A DNA stretch of 64,000 nt from Eledone cirrhosa (Eukaryota): positions 38,874,001 to 38,938,000 of the forward strand of contig OZ024745.1 in assembly GCA_964016885.1 (NCBI GenBank), given 5' to 3'. Under the pieces are notes generated by a model. That model did not search any database. It had not been told where the DNA came from and saw only the letters and a list, made by a program, of their open reading frames with translations. Positions 40,784-55,899 of this stretch are shown here, piece after piece. Numbering within the stretch: position 1 is the stretch's first letter; each line of letters opens with the position of its first letter. The translations under genes and the position numbers were made by a program.

Positions 40784-42197
40784 ATATATATATATATATA
40801 TATATCCGATATTAATCTTTACTCCTATCTATTTTATAGCTAAGCTTACGTGACACACAAAACATGATATATGAAAGGCGTAATTATTCGTGCTATATTT
40901 ACACAGATATATACTTTTATTTATACCTCAAGACTTAATTATGCCGTAATTACATATTGAACTCACTTTATTTCAATGTGTTCTATATTGATAAGAAGGA
41001 ATGCATTGCTTTGAACTCTGTTTCAGTTCCCTCCATAGTTTTTTCTTCCGATGACACAAAATATATAGCGTTTTACATTTCCTAGAGATGTAACTCATCT
41101 ATCACATTGTCATTTGCTTCATTACACTTAATACTGAGCAGATAATTAATGTAGCCTGTATCTATTTCTCAAAGTTGTCTTTTTTATAGTTAATATTAGT
41201 TTAACTGGTCGTTTTTTTATATTTACACCATTCTTTATAGTACTAGCTAGTAAATTGGATTACTAACGAACTACTAAATCTCATGCCCCGAATATATATG
41301 CGAACCTTGCAATATGTTAAAGAAAATATTTTCTATATTGAGAAGGTGGTCGTTATGTTGATCTGAGGAAATCAAAACAGCAATGGCAATATCAAACAAA
41401 CACACAGCCTGCGTTTTATTGTCCGCTCATCATTCAAAATTACCGAAAACTATTATATTTTCTTAATAAAGAAATACGTACATATGTCTAGAGTTCGATA
41501 CAGGAGCCTTCACATTCCAAATTACGCACCTCTTCATCTTTTATACGCAATGCAATCATATAGTATTTATTATGTTATGATTGATGTGTTAGTTAATCTG
41601 TATATAAAATAAAAATTAAGAAATTGAAGAATTATAATCCGTATATAACGGTCATTTTTGTGGGCTTCCTTCACAAGTGACCCGCGAATGATTACATTTC
41701 ATGTTTTTATTAAACATTTTATACACGAATAGTCTATATATATATATATTTATATATTGTGCATATTATTTATTTTATTATTCCATATTTCCTCATATTT
41801 ATTTATATTACCAATCAATATAATATAATTCACATTTCAACGAATCAAAAAAAATAAAGGACTTGAAGAACATACGCTGTTGAACTAAAACCACGAAACT
41901 ACTGATATATATTATATGTAATGATTATATTTCGATATTCTTTCATTTTAGACATTATTATATTTCAACACCAAATTCTATTGCACATAAATGTATTCCA
42001 CATAAATGTATTCCATTGCTATGATGTTTATAGGAAATAATTATTCCCATTATATTTACGAAAGATTTCGTTTTTCTTATATATCACGTGTGTATATTCA
42101 CTTTCCTGTTAGTATGGTTTGAGCAAGTTATCACTGTCAGAGTATATCTTCGAGTGAGTCGTGTTTGTATGATGAACCTCTCACATTCATTTGGAGG

Positions 42198-42305
<108 letters not shown>

Positions 42306-43558
42306 ATGATTGTACGTCAATAATCCAACATCGTTTGTATGAATGAATTTCTTTCTTTCAGCCAAACCATATTACCAAATGTGCTGGAGATGCTTTTTAG
42401 TAAAGCCTACACTAATGACATTACAACGCCCCATTACCTCTTATCATTTGTCAAACATTTCATATGGTGTAATGTGTTTAATTTATTGGAGTATCAGGAA
42501 TGGTCTCACAGATTATTTAATGAAAAGGGACAGAGAGAAAGATAGAGGGAGATAGAAAGTTAGAAAGAAAGAGGAGTGAGAGAGCGATAAGAGTGATAAG
42601 AGAAGCTGGACTCAAAGAGGGTGATGACATAAGAGGACGAAATATTGTGAGGTTGACTGCATGAGGTGATAATGGAATTGAGGGTGATTGAAGGGGTTAT
42701 GGGAAGTAAATTGTAAGAATTGTGAAAAAGAATTCAAGTGATGGTTAGAGATTATATTGGTTGACAATGCGAGAAAACTGGAATTCAATAGTGTGAGCCT
42801 TGTTGGGAGAGTGATTTGGCTGGTTACGTAGAAAATTGGATGATAGTGATTATGGTGTATACTATCCGCTGAAATCACTCATATATACATATCGTGAGGA
42901 CGAGACATGTAAAGCATTAAGAATGATGTAGGTGGAGATTGTGTATGGAGAGGTCCACTACCATTCCTTCTTACATACGTGACACAGTGTAGTGAATTGG
43001 AAATAGAGTGAGGGAGAGAGAGAGAGTGATGAAAGGATCAAACATATGCAATGCCACTCCTTTTGGGTTGGAAAGAATGGTACGAGGAATCAGAGAGAAA
43101 GTAAGTTGAGAATAAGTAGGTAGTATGTGTATGAGGTCTAGAGAGAGATTTTATATAAGTTCTACTTTTTATATGACATATATCCATGATTAGCCTCTGC
43201 TTATTTGTTCTTTATCCTTTATGTACATTAATATTCCATTTCTCATAAAATAAGCGCACTTCATTTCGGTCAGGATATTTAAACATAAAGGAAAACCGTA
43301 TTTAAGCCTCTGCCCTTCAAACTTGAGTTGTAATTCAATAGATATTTGTGCGCTTCCCGTCACCGCTTAGCTGCAACATTACTATATGATCGGTCACGGT
43401 AAATTTAGTGTAGCGAAATAGTATTCCCACAACCGGGAACAAACAGTTATAGTCTACTACACGTATACTATATTTCTACGTATATGTAAATGCAAAGGAA
43501 TACTGACACAATACACATACACACATACACACACACACGCACACATACACACACACAG

Positions 43559-43640
<82 letters not shown>

Positions 43641-43643
<3 letters not shown>

Positions 43644-44356
43644 AACCAAACGGAAATTTATAAATTCCTAAATTTATAAATTTATTATAATAAACTGAAG
43701 TGAAATTTCTGGTGCGTGTGTTTCTTATTGGCAACATGACCCTCCCAAAGTATAACAATATATATATATACATATATATTGTTATACTTTGGGAGTGTCA
43801 TGTTGCCAATAAGAAACACACGCACAAGCAGATTTCACTTCAGTTTATTATAATAAATTTATAAATTTAGGAATTTATAAATTTCCGGTTGGTTGGTTGG
43901 TTCCACAATCATATGATTGCTTATATATTGTCAAAGTTCTTTCGTCACACATTCTGTGAACGCTTCAGTGACTGAGATTCTTTTTTTGTTTTTGTGCCTC
44001 TCATTTGTTCTGTCCTACGCCATCTTGTTTTTGAGTGTGACACACAAAAACAAGATGGCGTAGGACAGAACAAAGGAGATGCACAAAAACAAAGAAAAGA
44101 ATCCCAGTCACTGAAGAGTTCACAGAATGTGTGACGAAAGAACTTTGGCAATATACAAACAATCATCTGGTTGTGGAACCAACCAACCGGAATTTTATAA
44201 ATTCCTAAATTTATAAATTTATTATAATAAATTGAAGTGAAAGCAACTGGTGCGTGTGTTTCTTATTGGCAACATAACCCTCCCAAAGTATAACAATAAC
44301 GGTTTCAACACACGTTTTCAGATAAATAATCTTTTTAAACTTATTCAGAACGAAAT
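43641..44356. mobile_element. ORF-less triple (+/-/+) array of pLTR fragments of the 27.4-31.3 kb Penelope family; hammerheads at 44106-44150 (+) and about 43929-43973 (-)
   Basis: High similarity to 31040-31310 and 27404-27560; palindrome axes near 43768 (TA) and 44038. Confidence 0.87.
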
Positions 44357-44369
44357 ATATATATATAAG

Positions 44370-44461
<92 letters not shown>

Positions 44462-45854
44462 TACATATTTGTGTGCGTGCACATGTTTTTGCCTGTGCAT
44501 GTGTGGTATGTGTTAGAATTGAAATAATCAATTGGTAAACGAAGAAAGTAAAAGCGCATAGAAGGAAAAAAATAGATGTCGGCTGAACGAAAATATAAAA
44601 TTTAAATTTAAAACAGAATAATATATAAGAAAAGTTGTGAATGTAAGAAAATATCTTGAGAGATTTATTTGAAAAGAAATGAGTTAATTAAAATTCACAG
44701 TTGCATGGCAATTTGTTTGTGCATAATACGTCTTCTAATGAACACGATTGAGTGCTTCGCTGTTTAGCATTATCTTAATCATGTCTGATTTGAATGAAAC
44801 CTATTGTTAAGATATATAACATGGCCGATTGATATATTCCATGCGTAATTATGTAGTTGGTTTCAGGAGGAATGGTAATAAAGAAAACAATAAGTCTATA
44901 TGTCCTCTAAGAAACAACATTGTTCTTAACAGCATTAGCAACATATATAAATCTTTCCAGTGAAAAAAATATATAAATAAACCACATCGAAATACTTAAA
45001 AGTTGAAATAAAGAAACCCGAATAATTCAGGACACATTCTTGCAATATTGGATTATAATACATTTTATAATAATTAATAGAAACCATTAGCAATTGAATT
45101 TATTCCTTAGTTAAGTTTTCTGTAAGATGTAACTTGGCACCAATAAGAGGTACAATTCCATTGATACAGACGGCTGTTGAATTGTATGGCTGCATTATGT
45201 ATTTACCCTTGTTTTAAATGATAATTTCTAAAGTTACTTCGAAAGAAAATAAAATAAAATAAAAAGAAACATCATATACTGAAATACAATAAAAATGTTT
45301 AAATGCAGCTACAGAACTATATCTATAAGGATATAAAACACAATAAAAACACTTAGTTCTGATTTACATCTGCTTTTGTTTTGCCAAAATAATTAATGTT
45401 TTTCTGTTATTTTTAACCTGTGAATGTAATTCTGTTCACTGATAACACGAGAGACCCCATAGGCTGGTAGTCATGACAGGCGATACTCGTGCCAGACATA
45501 GACAAAAGCTTAGCTGGTACCTCGGGTAAGAACATTTCTCTCATACAATTTCTGTCGGCATGAAGAAGGAAGCATTGTTTGTTATTAAGGAGGGCGGAAA
45601 GACGCATGTTATAGAAGGAATTCTTATATGAGACTGCTTTTCAATAACAGGAATCAGAGTGTTGCGTACTCAAGGGTCGATATATCATTATAGCAAAATA
45701 TGGATTTAGGTGTATTTATTTTTTTCTACGTGAGAGACAGTGTTGTTTGAATATGATGGAAGTGATATCATCAGAACGGGTTATCGTGTTGGTTTCAGGT
45801 GAAACGATAGCTTTTTCCTGTGTATGTTGTGTTGCCATATTACGTAGTCTCTAT

Positions 45855-46073
45855 ACACATGCATGCACACACGTTCATATATTATCTTAAATCATGAAGC
45901 TGCACTTTTGACCTGAGTGTCGATGAAACGGTGCTCATTAAAGGTTCTATATTTTAGATTAAGGGCAAAATACTTACACACACATATATATATATATATA
46001 TATGTGTATGTGTGTGTGTGTGTAAGTATATATATATATATATATATATATGTGTATGTGTGTGTGTGTGTAA

Positions 46074-46164
<91 letters not shown>

Positions 46165-46296
46165 TCTTTTGCCCTTAATCTAAAATATAGAAGCTTTAAT
46201 GAGCACGCTTTTACACGAAACCTATGACCGACCATCAGATCAAATATGCAGCTTCATGATTTAATAGAATATATGAACGTGTGTGTATGCATGTGT
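45855..46296. mobile_element. Tail-to-tail inverted pair with degenerate hammerheads around a (TA)n core
   Basis: 45855-45976 is the reverse complement of 46161-46296; consensus tttgat-CTGATG.-...-GAAA-gcgtgc-TC-attaaa. Confidence 0.65.
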
Positions 46297-46443
46297 TCTG
46301 CCAAATACAGTCAGAAAGTATAGAAAACCTTCCTATGTCACAGATCGGTGTACTCAATTCTGGTGTATGGGCTTAATCATTAGAATATGGGACAAAATGC
46401 TTCTGCGGCATAACATCATGGACATTATGTTCTAATTCAACCT

Positions 46444-46649
46444 TCTGGCAGGAAGGTATACGTTGCTGACGATAGCTAATAAGCGTGAAACTAGTACAGC
46501 CTTCCTTTGTCAGTGTTGAACAAATGAGCAACGATGGTTGCTAGACACTGTACGGCTTAATTCGGGAGGTTTGTTTACAAACACACCGAGCATTATAATA
46601 AATGTTCGGTGAATCCATACGTACATGTATATATGTGTGCATGTATGTA

Positions 46650-46691
<42 letters not shown>

Positions 46692-46795
46692 TACTACTGT
46701 ACGTCTGTATGCATATATGTATGTACGTATACATACTTATATTTAAGTAACAGCCGTACTAAGAGTGAGAAATGAAATTTCGTTTCATTTTTTCC

Positions 46796-46800
<5 letters not shown>
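46444..46800 (+). mobile_element. Third, 5'-truncated copy of the 445-nt family with a hammerhead at 46460-46502
   Basis: acgttg-CTGACGA-tagctaataagcgt-GAAA-ctag-TA-cagc; colinear with 35885-36222. Confidence 0.82.
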
Positions 46801-46881
<81 letters not shown>

Positions 46882-48229
46882 AATGTGTACAGCTGACTAT
46901 CTATTTTGTAAGGGCCTATTTCGTTTCTTCATTGGACATCTATTTAACTTCGACTGACATGATTGTTGCTATGACCCTTGTTTAATTTTCTTCTCCAATT
47001 TTGTTGATTACTTTTTTTGGTCTGGATCAGAAGTTAGCGACTGTGTTTATAGACCGGAAAAGGAACTTAATGACTGCAAGATACATCCAATTTAACCTTA
47101 ACAATTGTCATCTTGTTATATTAGAATGAATCTTGAATTTTTCTTTTGCGTAAGGACAGTTTAAATAAAGCTTAATTGCAATAAAGTAATATCATTCGCA
47201 TGAACAACAAGATTTCTTCTTGAAATAAGTTTTTTTGTATTAGAAGAAAATCCTCATATCCGTTTCAGTGCTGTTTCTTTTCATTGTGTGTCTATATTTG
47301 CTTCATATTCTTATAATTTCTCTGTTCTCTGTTATTCGTTTTCAAAAACAGAAAAAAAAGTCCAAAATCTAATATGACAAAATGTCCCTTCTCGACAACA
47401 ATCAAGGAGAACATTTTATCTCTATTCCACATTACACTGACATGAGATGTAACTGAACATCTGTCACGACCGCACAAACAATCCTGACTTATCTGCATAT
47501 CCTGCTGTCATCTACCATATATTGAAATTTCCCACATACCATATCTTACCAATTGCGAATCAGTGCCTGCACATAGTATGCCTGAATACATTGACTTAAA
47601 AATCTGTTTAAAGAGAGGGTTAGCCACGTTAATGGCGCAGGGTTTGAAAATTCCAATCGCACAGGGAAACCAGATCCTATGTTTTACATATGTGTGTGAC
47701 CCTCAATACACTAAATAACTAGCTCTAAAACTAGCTGCTATACTAGCCATACCATATATAAATCTATACAAGAAACGTAGAAAAACTAAACATTACATTA
47801 ATGATATGAATTAAATATACAATCATTTTCCTACTCTAAAACATTAATTAATTAAAAAGCGAAATCAGTATATATTCTATAGTGTGATCTTTAACCAGTT
47901 CACTGTCATATTCATCTTTGCAATCATAATGTTGTTCCACCCAGGTAGTAAAAGCCTGGACATTCGTACAAAAATAATTAATATCAATGCTAAATTCCCA
48001 TAATTTTCTATATTACGTAACTTGGAGTTACACGCAATTATCTGGGAAACGTTTTTTTAGGCATAGATACCGTCTGGCCCTTATTGCTTCGACTACTTCA
48101 GACAGAAGTTTATGTAATATCCGTTTAGGTGATATATTTCTCTGTTAGGGCCAATAAACCTTTTTAGAACTCCATGTAGTAAGGATATAACAATTCCAAC
48201 GAGACCAGGTGAAAGGAGTTCTTGTTTAT

Positions 48230-49040
48230 GTAGTAGGCTATCATCATATTTAATTCCCTTGAGTATTCCAAGGAGTTAATGAACCATATACATATATATT
48301 GAACAATGAAGACACCAGGTAACATTTAGTGCTAAAATGTTCATTTGCTAACCATTATTTCAACATTTGATTGAACATGTTGAAGTGATATAGTAAGTAA
48401 ACGTATGTAGTTATGTAACGCCATATTGACATTATTATTATATATATATATATATATATTCATTTTATTAAGACTATATAGAGAGTTTCGCCTGTTTATC
48501 ATAGAGGCATTAGACATACACATTTGTTGAGCATTACCGACGTGACCGTATGGTTTTTTAGCTACGGGCATAGATGCTTCGTTATTGCGGCTATGTAGAT
48601 GGCACGTACAATAAACGTTCTAGAGTGTGTATTTTCTCCTTATTTGCTTTTACCAGAGATAGCTTGTTCATAGCGAAGGTGGGCGATGTTTTTGTCTCTA
48701 TAAAAGCTTGAAATGTTGACCTTCCAAACTGTAATGCATATGTCGAACGTATAAATGGGCAGCCAGAAGTTCCTTCTTGAAAGTACTATATTTCTCTTCA
48801 TTCAGAAGAAAGCGAGAGATCTACTGATCATTAGAATGTCGTTCTAAAGAAATACATATTAAAATTGATAACAACAATTAAAGCTCGAACCGATGTTGCC
48901 TGACACACTCATGATATACTAGACATTCTCTGATACATTCATAAAGGTAAATAGAAAAGATTTAAAATCTTTTCGTTTCTGAAAGGAAATATACATATCT
49001 TCGAAAGCGAGGCTACCAAAATTTATACTGGATATAAATG
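48230..49040 (+). mobile_element. Decayed Penelope-type RT remnant
   Basis: tatgtagatggcacg (YVDGT, similar to YVDDT) near 48593 followed by an NGQ..PFL.V-like segment. Confidence 0.35.
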
Positions 49041-49075
49041 CATTATATATGTTTACATATGTCATCATATACACC

Positions 49076-49453
<378 letters not shown>

Positions 49454-51426
49454 TATATAACTATATAAATATGCGTACATATATAATATATGTGTAGCAT
49501 TTATTTATATAGCATGTATATATATATATATACAGATAGAGAGAGGGGGAGAAAAAGAGAGATAGAGGGTAAGAAAGTGTGGTAGAAAAAGAGAAATTGA
49601 AAGAGTGAGACAGTGAATGATATGCCTGTGTCTTTTGTTTTATTCGCATGTGTGTGAGTGTTTTGGGATTAAATGGTGCCGTTACTATGCATTAGAATCC
49701 AAAATAATGAATATTGTCTGCGTAATCTATAGAAAATGTAAAGTCATAAATGTCAAATCACATGTGCTTCAAAGAAATTGTCTACACTGTTGAAAGCTGG
49801 ATTTCCTCTATCTTATTTCTGTCTCCAATATGTAACTGAAACACTAAATTTAATTTTCACTTGCAGTGTTTTATGAATAGCTGACTCGTGAGTTTTATAG
49901 TTCGCTATATTACAACTTATTTATATCCATTCATCTCCTCAATGGCTTGTATTTTCTCTTATCGTATTCGATGCTTTAGGAACTCGGTGTCTTCAAGTGC
50001 CCCACCGGTCCTTTCATTTGAAACTGCAATCTTTTCATTTAACAACACAATGATCTTCATTCATAAGAGGTAACATGTTCTGATGGGATCATTTATCAAA
50101 ATATTTTGTTAGTCTACTATATTAAATGCTTCATCCATGGTCATAATACTCTGATAGCAACATTTTTCATCAATGGATGTCAATAATTTGTTTCCAATCT
50201 ACAGTTATGAAATTTAGCCAGAAATATTTTCATTTGTTTATATGAATTTCCATATCTCAAAGAAAACAATTTACAGATATATAAACAGAATGGGTCAATA
50301 AAAGCAAATAAAAAATGATATCTCAAACTAACCACATATCCATTCGTAGATAACCAGATAACATATGAGTAAAAGGTAAAGATTCACATTCAGTTATATT
50401 ATAACCGTTGAAATATACATTATCATTGTAATATGTACGTCTGAAGGTAATTCCATTACATTTAATTGACATCGTTTCTTTGTAAGGAGCTGATTTAATG
50501 ATAAAATGATTACGGTATTTAATTAAATTACAGTAATGTTAATGTGAATCACATTCATTTTGCGGTGTGATTTTCGACAGTTTTGCGCTAAGTCACAATT
50601 ATGAATTTTACACATTAAGCAATTAAATTAAATAATGCCGATTGTACTAATTCTGATTGTGTATATAATTGGTTTGAAATTATAAAATGTACGCAAGTGT
50701 TTGTTCAGGTAACGGCATATTGTATAAATGAAACAAAAAAACTTGTATTGCATAAGGCAATATCAACCAATCTCATATATGATTATCTTGAACGAGATTA
50801 TATATAATATAAATCTGGTTAGAAATAATCGTTTGGATGTACATCTGTAGGCATTTGTTCCATTTTCACTGGAGAGATTATCCAGCTCTACAAAATAGGA
50901 AATATCTGGAAAGTATCATATCTGAAACACTAATCTAGCATAAGATTCGATATAGTGAATTTAACGTGCTTAATGAAAATAAGCTGAATAATATATTATG
51001 GATGCTTACGTATTGATAAGATCCACAAGTGTTTGACGCACTGGAGTTAGACATATTCTCTTTAATTCGTTGAAATGTCCGTGATCACCAGCAGACAAAT
51101 AAAGAAGGAATTGTCTCCGATTTGTGCTTTCCTTTTATTTTTCATTACACTTCATCAAGAAACCACACAGTCCCTGCTTCTTCCATATTTTTTATTAATT
51201 GCTTTACTGTGACCTGTTCTGTCGTTCTTTCCATTTACTTTGCTGTTATTAACTCTTTCCCTTTTATTCTTTCTCTCTGCTCCCCTGCTACTCCGTTTTC
51301 TCTCGTCTCTGCCTCCTTTCGCCTACACCCGCCGAGTTTAGACTTGTTTTCTACTGCGTTGAAATGTCCGTAATCTTCAGCAGACAACTGAAGAAGGGAT
51401 CGTCCTCCGTTTGTGTTGTCTTTCTT

Positions 51427-51485
<59 letters not shown>

Positions 51486-51522
51486 TGCATGTCTCTCGGA
51501 CATGACATCCTTATTTTAATTT

Positions 51523-51574
<52 letters not shown>

Positions 51575-51889
51575 ATTAGTGCCACGACAAATGAGCAAAC
51601 CAATATGAAGGACGCGCTGAGAATGGAAATGTATATGAGCTCCCTGGATTTTGCGCAATAGACTGCGATGAAGGGGCGACTCAAGTTAGAACAATAAAGC
51701 GGAGGAGACTTTTTTGGTTTAGGTTAGCTCATTGCTGGAAAGATTTATCCATGGTATTTGAAGTTACGTAGCATGTACTTCACAGCGTAGGGGCAGCGAT
51801 TAACAACGATTAAAAATCGGCTCTTGTGGTGAGGCAATTACTATTACGTAATATTTGCATGTGATTCATTTGTCCATAAATATACGGAG

Positions 51890-52790
51890 CACAGGACAAT
51901 TTCCAATTTCCGTATGACCTGAATTTGATCAGAATTTTCCATTGAATGGAGTTATCTAAGAGTTCGGCCTCACGATCAGCATAAAAAAGACCAACATCTT
52001 AAAACTTCACATAACTTGGTTCCAGCAACTCTAGCAACCTCACTCTGTACATCGAGCTGAACTTAAGGATTGGCAAAGCATCAGCAGAAATGGCCCGCCT
52101 GTCAAGGTGGGTGTGAGAAAACTCCATGCTAACCATCAAGACACGGATCAAAATGTACTAAGCCTGCGTGCTGAGTACCCTACTGTATGGAAGCTAGGCT
52201 TGGACTCCATACTCCGGCCAAGAACGCAGGCACAACACCTTTCAAGTACCCTGCGTCGATAGGATCCTCGGCATTTCATGGCAGGATCACGTCCCTAACA
52301 AATATATCTTAGTACGGAGAGGAACTCCCATCATGGTTGCTCTGCTGACAAAGAGACGCCTGCGTTGGCGTGGCCATGTTAGCCGCATACAGGTTCGCAG
52401 AATACCCAAAGGCATTTTGTATCACGAGCCTACCTCTGGCTCCAGACGCACAGGAAGGCCCATACTCCGTTATAAAGATGTATGCAAGCGGGACCTCAAG
52501 CCGGGTGGTATCGCAGCAGCAGGCCTTGAAGCGATGGCAGCTGACCGCAGCAGCTGGCAACTTGCTATAAAGGAGGCTATTAAGACATCAAGGAGGCCAT
52601 TAAGAGCACGGGAGAGAGGAGCATTGTGAAAAAATGAAGAGAACGCAGACGTCAGATAGTAGAGTCAGCGCCTTCGACGACACCGTCTTCACATGCAGCA
52701 ACTGTAACAGGACCTGCCGTTCACCGATTGGATCCTACAACCACAGACGGCGCTGCAGTTCTATCACAGACTGACCTCCATGGCACAATC
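51890..52790 (+). mobile_element. RTE-clade LINE 3' remnant
   Basis: ELNLRIGKAS..MARL, TRIKMY*ACVLSTLLYG, RRLRWRGHV.R....RIPK.ILY.E...G.R..GRP.LRYKD.CKRDLK, C-terminal CSNCNRTCRS.IG..NH...C. Confidence 0.85.
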
Positions 52791-55700
52791 AACATTGTTG
52801 AATGCCAGAAGAATATTATGGCGAAATTCTTTTCGTAATAAGGAGAGGAATATATTGATATTCGACCTCTTGCTTTAAATGAGTAGACACCATACAAAGG
52901 TAATTAAGTTCGGTGTTTCTGATAACCGGGTGAGCGATTAATTCGACCACCCGCGAAGAGGTACAACCCAACCAACCACCCACGATCCATTTGTCTCCTG
53001 CATAATATCAACGTTGACTCTAGCAGAAACTACCGCGATGTGACATTGAAAGCTGAACCAGATGATTTCAATAGTTTATAAGTTAGATTTTAAATTAGTA
53101 TAATTTAAAGCATTTATTTCTGTATTCTCACGATTCAGTCAATCCCCAAACTTGATGTAATCATTGACGGTATTTATTTTTATTATTTATATTAGCTTAT
53201 ACATTCATCGCAGGTGCATTTGATGCCCGGTACTGCATCACGTTAATTCAGTCATTCTGTTCATCAGTAGGAAGTAACAAGAAAATAACAACAATGAAAG
53301 GCGTCATTAACAAAGACGCAATACAATTTGCACTTAATGCTTTATGACTTTACTCATTACACTAAGTATAAACAGGTTGGAATTCAGTATTAGAGAGATT
53401 CTATGAAACGTAGAAGTATTTACAAGTGAATTGATGTACATTCAGACATTCTTTATGTAGAATGTTCAGGTAGAATTTGTCAAACAATACTGCTTTATCC
53501 ACATCAGATTTCTGTATGTATTTCTTACAAAAGTAAAATAAAAATTTCGTTTATTTTATCAGACTTCCTTCAAGTTCTAGAAATGGGATGATGAAGTAAA
53601 TGATTGTGATCAGTTTCGAGATAATTACTTATGAATAAGACATGATTTATTTTTCTTCAACCCAGTAATTAGATTTTACTTCAATGTCTTCCTATACGTA
53701 AACATATGTTGTACAACCATCATCATGATACTCGAATTCAAACAAGACTACTAATTATCCTAGACCAAATATTTGATTCATGATTAATTTTTAGACGGAA
53801 TGTGGGGAAAATGGTACAAGATTTACCCCGGCTGTTACATCAATGTTTTCTGCACAATGATGGATTATATCTGGCCCATATATTAATAGGAAAGACAAAC
53901 GAGACATGGAACGATTGTTGACATTTCAATCCTTGTTAGCTCGTTCACTTAAGTCATATCATAAGAATGACATATGCAAAAACACATGTATTCTGCCCAG
54001 AGTAAGGTACTGTACATCTCAAATTGAATGGACTTTTCCTATTTTGGCATGGTATGAATTTCAAATGCCATGTTACGGTTACTTACGCCATATATAATGA
54101 AGTGGAGTTGCTAATTCTGACAATGAATCGCAGCTGAATTAGCAATGATAATAGAATTGGCCAACAAATTAGTTAATAAACCTTAAAGCACCTACACGAA
54201 ATTAATATATTCTAGGCTCTTACACTTGCGTTACTAAATCAACTCCACCCACTATAGCAATGGTGAAGCTGTGTATTATAAGGAACCACATGGAACATGA
54301 CGTTGGATAAGGTACAATGATTATTAAGCGCACTGCTATTATATTCCGGAAATGAAAAGTGAATTTAAAGTAGGAGGACAAAATAAAAAAAAAAGACAGG
54401 TCTATAAAAAAATTCCCAGCTAACAGGGATAAGGTAGAGTTTGAGCATTGTCCTGTAAATTCTTTGACTAAAATACTTCAATAATGTTATAATATTTTCA
54501 ATAGAAATGAAGGAATGTGAAAAGACATGAAGAGCGTGGTGTTCTGTAGTGTTTTACTCTATCCTGAATAACGAACGATGATATATTTACAGTTTGTAAA
54601 TCGACACTAGATCGATTAGATTTATCTCAGATTCGAATCAGAGTTATCATTCCAATGAAGGATAGAAGCCTTGTTCAAATCCAATCTCAGCTGAATACGC
54701 CGAAGAAAAAGGCTTGGAGTTCATCGCTGAATCATATCAAAACATAATGTCGGTATACTTGTTATAAACATACACTAAAAAGCTCATCATAACAGGTGGG
54801 AATTATTGAAGCTATAAAAATAAGAGATCTGACATATTCAGATATGCAGGAAATTCGTTATAAAAAATATGGTTTTCATTACATTAGTAATTATTTGCAT
54901 CATGGTATATAAATATGAATAAGAATGTGTTTTCATGAATTACGTATAATTGTAAAATGTGGTAAGTTTAGGGAATATGGGAATTGTAAATGTGCTGCAA
55001 TGTTAGATATATAAAGGGAATGGTGTATATCATACTGAACCCACCGAAAGTAACATTATCTAGCACTTTAAATGTTTAGCCCAATTTACTCTACTTTGGG
55101 AAATGTAAGTGTATTTATATTGTTATATGGATATTTCGAAATGGTGAACCTGTATTACTGGAACTTAAACATACCTTAACGAATCTATTACATTGATACT
55201 TACATATATGCATATGTGCATGCCCAAACGAAGTGCCTCTAATGTTACATATAATAATAGAAGGAATACACACTAATAACGAAATACATTGGTTAACACT
55301 TCTATTTCCATGATGATACACGACTAAATTTCTTCTTACCCTATACAAAATAATGATATAAAGAACAACGATATTCCAAAAACATAACGCCACTGAGTGC
55401 GAGAAAATAAACATCTATTATATTTGCTGGAGTTTGTATCTAACCGGCAGCGTAAAATTGCAATATACTATGAGGGGAAAAAAGAAAATAAAATATATAT
55501 ATATATATGTATATATATATATGTATATATATATATAACATAACTTCAATTGGCGTATTTAATGGAACATGTACATTTCTACTTGGATATAATTACTACC
55601 AGTCAGTTCAAGATAATGGATGTTTCTGACGAAAATAGGCAAATAAAAAGGTGCCAGAAATAGAAATGCGAAGATATTTTGTTTGGTATAACATAATTCT

Positions 55701-55848
55701 TGTTTCATACACAATTGACTGCAACACTGACTCTCTAAGGGAATGTAACAAGGGTCATTGTTTGCTGCAAGTAACAGAACGAGAAATATTTACAATAAAA
55801 ATGTGCAAATGAATAGTTACACTTAATCACCCTCTCTCATTCTGCCCC

Positions 55849-55895
<47 letters not shown>

Positions 55896-55899
55896 GACA

